Virus record (IMG/VR): IMGVR_UViG_3300038315_001378
Location: 1 to 43,110 of that record
Direction: 5' to 3' (one strand)
DNA from: a virus
Taxonomy: Duplodnaviria > Caudoviricetes
DNA: 43,110 nt
Shown here: piece by piece, positions 29,488-36,878 of the stretch
How the letters are laid out: every line of letters starts with the position of its first letter
Position numbering within the stretch: the stretch's first letter is position 1
Notes under the pieces: generated by a model
Seen by the model: only the letters and a program-made list of their open reading frames with translations
The model's database searches: none
What the model was told of the DNA's origin: nothing
Position numbers and translations under genes: made by a program

Positions 29488-29662
29488 ATTCACCATTGCT
29501 AAAATGGGGTGGGCTTACCGAGCTGCCTTGCTCTTTCGAGAGCAAATTCCGATCCGTCGGAACTTGTCGTAGAAGTACGCGAGGAGCGTTGAAGTAAGAA
29601 AATTCTCTAACTAATAACATTGTAGATAGCCCCCTAATAGTAATATTAGGGGGTATTATTTT
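29488..29662 (+). ncRNA. Putative tracrRNA / scaffold RNA
   Basis: Several short hairpins, then 29601-29627 complementary to the CRISPR repeat, then a 10-bp GTAA-loop hairpin with T-rich tail. Confidence 0.8.
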
Positions 29663-29663
29663 C

Positions 29664-30791
29664 ATGGCAAAAAAACCAAAAACTGCTTTTATCAGAAAAG
29701 TCTATAAATACCGAATATATCCAAACAGTACTCAAAAAAAGATGATGGCACAGCATTTTGGCTGTGTTCGCTGGGTTTACAACTGGGCTAGGAAAAATAA
29801 AATAAGAGCTTATAAAGCACAAAATAAAGACCCTATAATGCTTAGAGCTAATCCAGAATTAGATCAAAAAGGCAGGGCGCATAAATACGAATTATCACGA
29901 CAACTCACGCAGTTAAAAAAAAGACATGCCTTACAGTGGCTTAACGAAATTAATTCTCAATCACTTGTGGCGGCTATACATCATTTAGACTCTGGAATGC
30001 AACATTTTTTTAGGAGAGTGAAACAAGGCGGTGTCCCGGGCTTTCCAAGAAAGAAATATAAAGATGATAATAAATCAAGTTTTGAGTGTCCCCAACATAC
30101 GACAGTTAATCAAAAAAAAGGTTTTATCAGCATACCAAAAATACCTTTTATTAAAACTAAAATTCATAGAAATTTTGAAGGCAAGACTAAAATGATAACA
30201 ATTAGTAAGACAGCAAGCGGTAAATATTACGCCAGCGTGCTAGTAGAAGAAAAGGGGAGCTTGCCTAAAAAACCTAAACTTGATAAAAAGAAATTAAAAT
30301 TAGTAAAAGTAAATCAAATGTTAAAACAACAATTCTTAGAAAATAAATTAAAGCGTTTAAAAGTTTTGCAAAGAAGATTAAGCCGCAAACAACACGGCGG
30401 GAAAAATTACGAAAAGGCAAGAATTAAATTAGCTAAACTGCATGAGCTAATTTCAAACCAGCGCGGTGATTTTCTGCATAATCAATCTAAAACCTTGATT
30501 AAAAAACACAAACATATTAAGATTAAAGAAGAAAAAATAGCGGAAAAAATTAAAAAAGAAAAACATAAGCAAAACAAAAGAAGGATATTAGACAGAGGAG
30601 CAGGGGAGTTTAAAAGGCAGTTGCAATATAAAGGTGAATGGTACGGGGCTAATGTTATTGTAGAGAAAAAGAAAAAACCAGACTGTCGTTGTGGTGGCTG
30701 TATTGATAACGCTCTTTTAGCGGCGGAAAGATGTATAATAGCAAAATCCGATCAAGGTGTTTTGGATAAAAAACCAAAACCTAAGTCTTAA
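29664..30791 (+). CDS. tnpB: CRISPR-associated TnpB homolog (IS200/IS605 OrfB family), predicted nuclease-dead
   Basis: YKYRIYP, FGCVRWVYN, WLNEINSQSL, GFPR, SGKYYAS, LQRRLSRK, NQRGDFLH, EFKRQLQYKGEWYG present; RuvC motifs GIDLG, IEDL and DRDxNAA absent or degenerate. Confidence 0.88.
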   Translation: MAKKPKTAFIRKVYKYRIYPNSTQKKMMAQHFGCVRWVYNWARKNKIRAYKAQNKDPIMLRANPELDQKGRAHKYELSRQLTQLKKRHALQWLNEINSQSLVAAIHHLDSGMQHFFRRVKQGGVPGFPRKKYKDDNKSSFECPQHTTVNQKKGFISIPKIPFIKTKIHRNFEGKTKMITISKTASGKYYASVLVEEKGSLPKKPKLDKKKLKLVKVNQMLKQQFLENKLKRLKVLQRRLSRKQHGGKNYEKARIKLAKLHELISNQRGDFLHNQSKTLIKKHKHIKIKEEKIAEKIKKEKHKQNKRRILDRGAGEFKRQLQYKGEWYGANVIVEKKKKPDCRCGGCIDNALLAAERCIIAKSDQGVLDKKPKPKS

Positions 30792-30861
30792 TATTTATGA
30801 TTTGGCTTAAACAAGCGGAAAAGGACAATAAACCACTGCGACATGATGTTGTTTTCTGCGC

Positions 30862-30890
30862 TTGCTTTAGCTAAATTAGCTATCTACAAT
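30862..30890 (+). promoter_or_regulatory. Putative array promoter 1
   Basis: TTGCTT - 17 bp - TACAAT, the -10 lying inside repeat 1. Confidence 0.5.
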
Positions 30891-31323
30891 GTTATTGGTT
30901 AAGGGGATTATTAGACGCAGAAGAAACAGGAGATACCTTTAGAAGATCTACAATGTTATTGGTTAAGGGGATTATTAGACCTTTGTATTCTTTTTGATAG
31001 TATTGTTGATCTACAATGTTATTGGTTAAGAGAGTTGTTAGACAGAATTATCAGTAGTGCATTTTAAAACATCTACAATGCCATTGGTTAAGGGAATTGT
31101 TAGACTTCGCCTATCATTGTATCCCAGTAATGATCTACAATGTTATTGGTTGAGGGAGTTGTTAGACAGGGATAGGCTTATTTAAGCCAAAAAACTAACT
31201 TTGCTTAAAATAAGGCAATCGATACTTTTTCTATATTATTGGTTAGGAGGGTTGTTAGACAAAAAAGAAATGGCAAAAATTTATTAAGATCTACAATGTT
31301 ATTGGTTGAGGGAGTTGTTAGAC
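30882..31323 (+). CRISPR. CRISPR array, 7 repeats of 35 bp (consensus ATCTACAATGTTATTGGTTRAGGGRRTTRTTAGAC)
   Basis: Repeats start at 30882, 30946, 31009, 31071, 31133, 31226 (5'-degenerate), 31289; spacers 29, 28, 27, 27, 58, 28 nt, all unique. Confidence 0.95.
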
Positions 31324-31471
31324 TTACGCATATTAATGACGGGGTAATATCATGACATAATATGTATGCTGTCATGACATGCATGTCATGTATATTCTTT
31401 CAACTTCTTTTTAGTGGTCTAATGCGAAGTTGAGTATTTGGCTTAAATTAAACAAATAATGCTCCCCTATT

Positions 31472-31651
31472 ATGTCTTCTTACTTTTGCTTAAAATGCGG
31501 CACAGAAAATATCGATACGCCATATGGCGTGCCGCAAGGTTGTAATTGTCGTGAGTCTGCGATAAGAAAAAATCCAAAACCAGAAGATAAAACAAAAAAA
31601 ACTCAAGACATAAAAAATTTATTTGATTTTTTAAATCTAAATAACAAATAA
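31472..31651 (+). CDS. Small Zn-finger-like protein (59 aa)
   Basis: MSSYFCLKCGTENIDTPYGVPQGCNCRES..., read by hand. Confidence 0.5.
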   Translation: MSSYFCLKCGTENIDTPYGVPQGCNCRESAIRKNPKPEDKTKKTQDIKNLFDFLNLNNK

Positions 31652-31655
31652 TTTC

Positions 31656-31684
31656 TTGCGTTCTTCTTTTTTTTGTGCTATACT
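31656..31684 (+). promoter_or_regulatory. Sigma70-like promoter
   Basis: TTGCGT - 17 bp - TATACT with extended TG. Confidence 0.6.
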
Positions 31685-31707
31685 AAAATAATAATTAAAA
31701 ATTAATA

Positions 31708-31850
31708 AAAAGGTGTGGTAACCTCTTTAAGAAGAAAAGTCTAAATCCTAATTGTAATTTGGGCAAAGAGGTAAATTACCACTATGCCCACTTAGGGCGA
31801 ATAGCTTTCTCGCCTTTTTTGCCCAAATTACAGTTTAGGATTTTTTTGTT
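31708..31850 (+). ncRNA. Structured leader or small RNA
   Basis: ~30-bp arms (31743-31771 / 31813-31843) enclosing an inner hairpin, followed by a T run. Confidence 0.5.
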
Positions 31851-31906
31851 TAATTTTTATGACCGAACAAATAATTTGAACAAAAGAAATAATTAAAAAA
31901 AGGATA

Positions 31907-32137
31907 GTGAGCAAAAACATTGTTCACTCCCCTTTTATCCAAAACATGAACACTAAAAATAGAATTGATAATAGAAAAATGTTTAATGCTTCTTCAGCAA
32001 AAGGAAAAACTGAACAAATGGAAGACATTACATCATTTCTTAAAGGAATGGGTTTTAGAATAGACGAAAACGAAAAAACAAAACCTGCTGTTAAATTTTT
32101 AAACTTCTTAAAAAAAGAAAAGTTATCCACAGACTAA
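31907..32137 (+). CDS. Hypothetical protein
   Basis: ORF downstream of the structured leader; start uncertain. Confidence 0.5.
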   Translation: MSKNIVHSPFIQNMNTKNRIDNRKMFNASSAKGKTEQMEDITSFLKGMGFRIDENEKTKPAVKFLNFLKKEKLSTD

Positions 32138-32212
32138 TCCCCTGTTCTGGTTTTTTGACTTAAATGCTGGGGGTTGACAAGATTATATATATACTATATA
32201 ATAGTATATATA
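32123..32212 (+). promoter_or_regulatory. DnaA box plus consensus sigma70 promoter with palindromic operator
   Basis: TTATCCACA 32123-32131; TTGACA 32174-32179 - 17 bp - TATAAT 32197-32202; inverted repeat TATATATACTA...TAGTATATATA over the -10. Confidence 0.75.
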
Positions 32213-32238
32213 ACATAATATCAATTAACTATAAATAT

Positions 32239-32388
32239 ATGCTTTTCAAAGGTTCACCCGCAAAGGAGTTAAAAAAACGAAATAAGCTAATTATTAAGCT
32301 AATTAAAAAAGGTGTGCGAAAAGAGCAGATCGCTGTTAGGTTTGACATAGGCATTTCAAGAGTTTATCAAATTTGGAATAAGCGTTAA
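32239..32388 (+). CDS. Small helix-turn-helix regulator
   Basis: RNKLII...GVRKEQIAVRFDIGISRVYQI HTH pattern; ATG 32239 lies downstream of the promoter. Confidence 0.75.
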   Translation: MLFKGSPAKELKKRNKLIIKLIKKGVRKEQIAVRFDIGISRVYQIWNKR

Positions 32389-32400
32389 AAAAACATCAAA

Positions 32401-32545
32401 CTCCCCCACCCCGAGAAAATCCCTTTTGCTGATACTATAAAAAAAAGAGTATAACGCATGTAACTAGGATGGGATTCGTGCTTAATGGATCGTTTTGCTG
32501 GTACCGGCAAAACGATCCGCCCTAGTTCCTTGGGGTGAAAGGGAG
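32401..32545. ncRNA. GC-rich multibranched structure upstream of the helicase gene
   Basis: Nested pairings CTCCC/GGGAG, CACCCCGAG/CTTGGGGTG, AACTAGG/CCTAGTT, GGATCGTTTTGC/GCAAAACGATCC. Confidence 0.5.
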
Positions 32546-32633
32546 ATTAGTAATATGAGATACAATAATACAAACAATGGCATTAGAGATAACCTTAAAC
32601 AATAAACCATTAAAAAATAATTATAATAATTTT

Positions 32634-33641
32634 ATGAGCAATAAAGATTTTGACAATTTACCAGAGCAACCCGTAGCAGTTAAGGGCGTGGAAAAACCAA
32701 AGCCAGCCAGAGAGTTTTTAGAGCCGTATTATAAAACATTAGGCGACGGGACTTTAGAATTGTTAGGCATTAAAACGGGCATTGCCGAGCTGGACAAAAA
32801 GACTTTAGGATTAGACGGGCTTATTGTGTTAGGCGGGATAGCGGGACAAGGCAAAACGAGTTTAGCTTTACAGCTTGCTTTTGACGCTTGCGAATTAGGC
32901 ACGCCGACGATATTTTACAGCCTTGAAATGCCGAGACGGGCTATTTTTACCAAGATATTAAACCGATTAGCACAAGTGAAATACAGCGACATTTTGCTTA
33001 AAGGCAGACAGTATTTAGATGAGACAAGACAGGACAAAAACCCTTTAGGCGAGGCTACAGACTTTTACAAGTTGTTAAGCAAAGACCAAGCGAGCCAATT
33101 AAAACAAGCCAAAGAAAAGCTAACCAAAACAAGTGATAAGTTTTATTTGAGGACGAGAGAGAGCAAAGAGGCGGACATTAGTTTTGAGAGCGTAGAACGA
33201 GAAATAAACCTTATAAAAGCCGAGCATAAAGCTAATAAGGTTTTAGTAGTTATAGACCATTTACAAGTTTTTAACGCAGGTGACTACAAAGACCAAATAG
33301 ATAAAGAGGGCAGGCTTATAACAGGCTTTAGGGGCATTAGCGAGCGGACAGGGGCGACCATAGTGTTAGTAAGCCAAAAGAACAAAGCGGGCTTTACCAG
33401 TAGGGGATTACAGACCATTAAGGGGAGCGCTGATGTAGTTATGTTTTTAGAGAGCGACGAGGAAAAGAAAAAAGACAACGGGGATTTAGAAGACAATATC
33501 ATAGCAACAATCATAGCAACATTTGGCGAGCAGGTATTAAAAAAGATTGATTTAGTGATAGATAAAAACCGCTATAACGCACCCTGTAAAATAGAGCTGG
33601 ACTTTAACGGCGAGTATAGCAGTTTTACCACGAGGCAATAA
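32634..33641 (+). CDS. DnaB-like (SF4) helicase C-terminal ATPase domain protein
   Basis: TGIAELD, GGIAGQGKTS Walker A, FYSLEM, VVIDHLQ Walker B, LVSQ, ADVVMFL, KNRY; ATG 32634 likely start (track start 32577). Confidence 0.85.
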   Translation: MSNKDFDNLPEQPVAVKGVEKPKPAREFLEPYYKTLGDGTLELLGIKTGIAELDKKTLGLDGLIVLGGIAGQGKTSLALQLAFDACELGTPTIFYSLEMPRRAIFTKILNRLAQVKYSDILLKGRQYLDETRQDKNPLGEATDFYKLLSKDQASQLKQAKEKLTKTSDKFYLRTRESKEADISFESVEREINLIKAEHKANKVLVVIDHLQVFNAGDYKDQIDKEGRLITGFRGISERTGATIVLVSQKNKAGFTSRGLQTIKGSADVVMFLESDEEKKKDNGDLEDNIIATIIATFGEQVLKKIDLVIDKNRYNAPCKIELDFNGEYSSFTTRQ

Positions 33642-33951
33642 ATAAAAAGGGCTGTTAGTTTAAGATTGATATATGTCAAAAGAAGATTAGTAAGTTAGTA
33701 AAAAAAATAAATCCGCCTTGCTATCAACAAGACGGAATAATACACCAGCGATTTGTGGTGCAATAAAAATAATAGATATTATTATTATATCACACTCACG
33801 CTGGACTGTCAATCTATGTACAAATTCGCGATTTCTTGGCGCAATGCCACAACTCCTCGATTAGTCGAAAAAGAGGACTCACCAGCCATAGTTCTAGGGC
33901 TGCTTGTAAGCATGTTAAGCTTAATGTGGCTCTTGAACGCGGCTTTCTAAT

Positions 33952-34107
33952 ATGTTCATCTACACAAAAAAAATAACGGAAGATGAGCTAAATTATTTTC
34001 TCGGCCAAATGCCAGAAAAACCTAAAACAGCTATTAAAGAAATGCGGAACGGCAATATAATAAGAACTGATTTTGCAAGCTTTAGGGCTAAAAAAATAAA
34101 TCTATGA
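33952..34107 (+). CDS. Small hypothetical protein
   Basis: MFIYTKKITEDELNYF... 51 aa, ATGA-coupled to the next ORF. Confidence 0.45.
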   Translation: MFIYTKKITEDELNYFLGQMPEKPKTAIKEMRNGNIIRTDFASFRAKKINL

Positions 34108-34382
34108 CTTTTCAACTTAAAAATGTTTTTAGAACAACAACAGAAAAACAGCGTTATTGCCTGTATAAAATTATGCGTTCTCTAATTTTTGAATTTCCGG
34201 AACAAGAAAATAAAATTATTAAAGCGGCAAATAATATAGGCATACAGAATGGTTTTAAAACCGCCTATCATCTAATAAGAAAATGGAACAGTATAGTAAC
34301 AGACGGACTCGCTGGGTATCTGCCTATTTGGCTGAAGTATGGAAAATTGGCAGGGGAGGAATTAAAAACACAAAAAAAATAA
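34104..34382 (+). CDS. Hypothetical protein
   Basis: 92-aa ATG ORF. Confidence 0.6.
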   Translation: MTFQLKNVFRTTTEKQRYCLYKIMRSLIFEFPEQENKIIKAANNIGIQNGFKTAYHLIRKWNSIVTDGLAGYLPIWLKYGKLAGEELKTQKK

Positions 34383-34594
34383 CACCACTTCTGCCGAAGT
34401 GATGCTATCAAAGATGTTTCCATGGAGTGGGAAAATCAATAATTATTTTTATAGCACATTTTGGCATTAAGTGTCAAGTATAATGATTTTTTCATTAAAT
34501 CAATTAGTGTCTGAAATGGAGTTTATCGATTTGCTAGACAGTCATGACTGCCATATTAGTCCAGAAGACAGTTGCGACTGCCAAACAGAAATAA

Positions 34595-34858
34595 ATGAAC
34601 GGGATTTTGACTGGCCGACTCCTTGCGACGGAGAAGATGCCAAGAAAAATTACAGTTCAGGATCAAAAACTTATGGCAAAGAACAAAAAAAGTGTTCAGA
34701 AATATTATAGGGACTTAAAAAAGGTAGTTCGTTTTTGGAAAAAAAGCGGACTAGAAATATTAGACGACTCCGAAGTTACACAGCTTGATGTGGAGGAAGG
34801 CATGCGTGGCATTCGAGAGTTAGAAAAACATAAATATGGCAAAAAAAAATACAAGTAA
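34595..34858 (+). CDS. Hypothetical protein
   Basis: ORF overlapping the next gene start; exact start uncertain. Confidence 0.45.
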   Translation: MNGILTGRLLATEKMPRKITVQDQKLMAKNKKSVQKYYRDLKKVVRFWKKSGLEILDDSEVTQLDVEEGMRGIRELEKHKYGKKKYK

Positions 34859-36026
34859 AAAAACTAAAAAAGAGCTTTCAACAAATGTAATTCCGCAAGA
34901 GTTCATCAAGCAGGCTATGATGATCTCGGATCAAACCAATCAACAAGCTAGACTGCCGCTTATTCGTTGCGATCATACGGGACAGTGGGGGGACGCTGGT
35001 AATTTCGTTATCTCGGATCCAGAAAAAAGAACAGAAAAAAACAGGCCAGTATATAATCCGCTAGGAGCTAATTTTAACGGACTGATTCTAAAAATCCGAT
35101 CTTTGGTAACTTCCAAAGGCATAAAAGACGAGCCTGCTTATTACAGTTACGAACAACCCCGCAACCAGTCATTATTCGATTTATATCTAAACAATGACTT
35201 GATTGAAGAAAAACAAGACTATAAAGCCCTTAAAAGCAAATATCCTAATTTAATCTATAATGTTGTTCTTTATCTCTATCTAGCCGACAAGAGGCTGGCA
35301 AGACTGAAAATCAAATATCCATCAACCCAACAATTCTGGAAATATGAGCGAGAATTTACAGAAAACAAACAGCCTTTAATGTTCTTCTGGACAAAATTCT
35401 CTTCTGTAAAAGCCCCAGACGCGAGCCAGCAAATTCAATATTTTTTATTAATTTTTAAGAAATTGCAGATGGCAAAAGATTATAAAAAAGTTTTAGATCT
35501 AGCTATGGAAGTAGATAAAGAGCTTAAAGAATTGGCAGAAAGCAGAAAAATCCAAGCAACTCAATCTTCTGTGGAAGTATTGCCAAACGCGCCAGCCCTA
35601 GCAATACCACGAGTTGTTGATCCCGCGCCAGAAGTATATGTACCAGAATACAGTGAAGAAGATGCTATGGTCGAGGATACTGAACAGATGATTGATGATA
35701 TATTTCCACCAGAAGAACCTAAAAAAAAGAAATCAGAAACAGCAAGACTTAAAGCAATGCGTACAGCTAAAGAAGAAGTAGAAAATAAAATTGCTAAATT
35801 AAAAAAACGCAAAGGTAAGAAATTAAAAGAATTGATAAAAAAGGATTTTGATAAAGTTAGTGAGGTCTATATGAATATTCTTAATCTGCCAGAGGACAGG
35901 CGAACAGATGAGGATCGACAATATATCGCGGATATAGACTCCGCGACTTTTTACGGATGGAAGGAATATCCTGTTATTTACAAGGATTATGTAAATAATC
36001 CGAGCCGTATATCTCTTTTAAAATAA
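34836..36026 (+). CDS. Hypothetical protein in replication region (possible ssDNA-binding/recombination function)
   Basis: 396 aa; beta-rich N-terminal half, acidic linker; function inferred from position only. Confidence 0.55.
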   Translation: MAKKNTSKKTKKELSTNVIPQEFIKQAMMISDQTNQQARLPLIRCDHTGQWGDAGNFVISDPEKRTEKNRPVYNPLGANFNGLILKIRSLVTSKGIKDEPAYYSYEQPRNQSLFDLYLNNDLIEEKQDYKALKSKYPNLIYNVVLYLYLADKRLARLKIKYPSTQQFWKYEREFTENKQPLMFFWTKFSSVKAPDASQQIQYFLLIFKKLQMAKDYKKVLDLAMEVDKELKELAESRKIQATQSSVEVLPNAPALAIPRVVDPAPEVYVPEYSEEDAMVEDTEQMIDDIFPPEEPKKKKSETARLKAMRTAKEEVENKIAKLKKRKGKKLKELIKKDFDKVSEVYMNILNLPEDRRTDEDRQYIADIDSATFYGWKEYPVIYKDYVNNPSRISLLK

Positions 36027-36116
36027 TGCCTTGTTACTGCTCTCCCATACAGGAGGGCAGAAAAGAAGGTGTTAAAAAAAACCCACAAGGACTAATTGAG
36101 GGTTGAAAAAGTCCAG

Positions 36117-36656
36117 ATGTTACAAAATAATGGATATGTAAAATTATGGCGTAAAATCTTAAAAAGCGATATGTATCTTAGCTTAAATAGCAAACAGAGA
36201 GATGTTATGATACAGTGCCTACTTTTAGCAAATTACAAAAAAAAAGATTGGGAGTGGAAGGGTAAGATTTTTCGAGCAAAAAGAGGACAATTTATTACCT
36301 CTTTGGCCTCTTTGAAGAAGAATTGCGCTAGAGACGTTTCTACAAAAAATATCCGCACTGGACTCGAAAAATTAAAAAAGTGGCAATTTCTGGCAAGCAA
36401 ATCGACAAAGACAGGAAGGCTAATAACCGTGTTAAAATGGGCAAAATATCAACGCAAGCCAAGAAAAGCGGCAAAGCAATCGGCAAACAGGCGGCAAACA
36501 GGCGGCAAACAGGCGGCAACTAACAAGAAGTATAAAGAATATAAAGAAGAGTACGGATTTTTTTTAAAAAAAAATAAAAACGACGACGACTACGACGAAA
36601 AACGGAAAGCTATCGACAAAGTTCACGAACAAATAAAGAAGAACAAAAAACTATGA
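36117..36656 (+). CDS. Phage replisome organizer / replication initiator
   Basis: NNGYVKLWRKI, CLLLAN, KRGQFITSLASL, IRTGLEKL, LITVLKWAKYQ motifs. Confidence 0.8.
   Translation: MLQNNGYVKLWRKILKSDMYLSLNSKQRDVMIQCLLLANYKKKDWEWKGKIFRAKRGQFITSLASLKKNCARDVSTKNIRTGLEKLKKWQFLASKSTKTGRLITVLKWAKYQRKPRKAAKQSANRRQTGGKQAATNKKYKEYKEEYGFFLKKNKNDDDYDEKRKAIDKVHEQIKKNKKL
36468..36519. repeat. Iteron-like 11-bp tandem repeats CGGCAAACAGG, probable origin
   Basis: Copies at 36481, 36492, 36503, partial at 36514 and 36469; followed by an A-rich region. Confidence 0.75.
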
Positions 36657-36878
36657 AAAGCCAAAAATTAAAAACTAAATATTCCAAAACTCCGCGATCC
36701 GACAAAGAGAGAAAAGAGAGAGAAGAATTTTTTATGCGGAAGGTTGAAAAATTTAGAATAGGTAATTTAAAAAAATAAACTCTCTCTTGTTCGCTGTGAG
36801 CATGCGCAAGCTAGATGCCAACGGCTCTAGTGTAATATATTGGAGGGGCGCGCAGGTGAATGGCGACAAGAGGGATTT

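Noticed and set aside
29480-29665. 61-aa minus-strand ORF
   Set aside because: Overlaps the tracrRNA-like element, whose structure and anti-repeat explain the sequence better
29664-30791. Active IS200/IS605 transposon or active Cas12f nuclease
   Set aside because: No tnpA or recognisable IS ends, and all three RuvC motifs are missing or degenerate
31198-31225. Similarity between the 58-nt spacer and 31482-31518 (TTGCTTAAAAT...ATCGATAC)
   Set aside because: Short, gapped and AT-rich; the second copy lies in a plausible ORF, so a duplication cannot be supported
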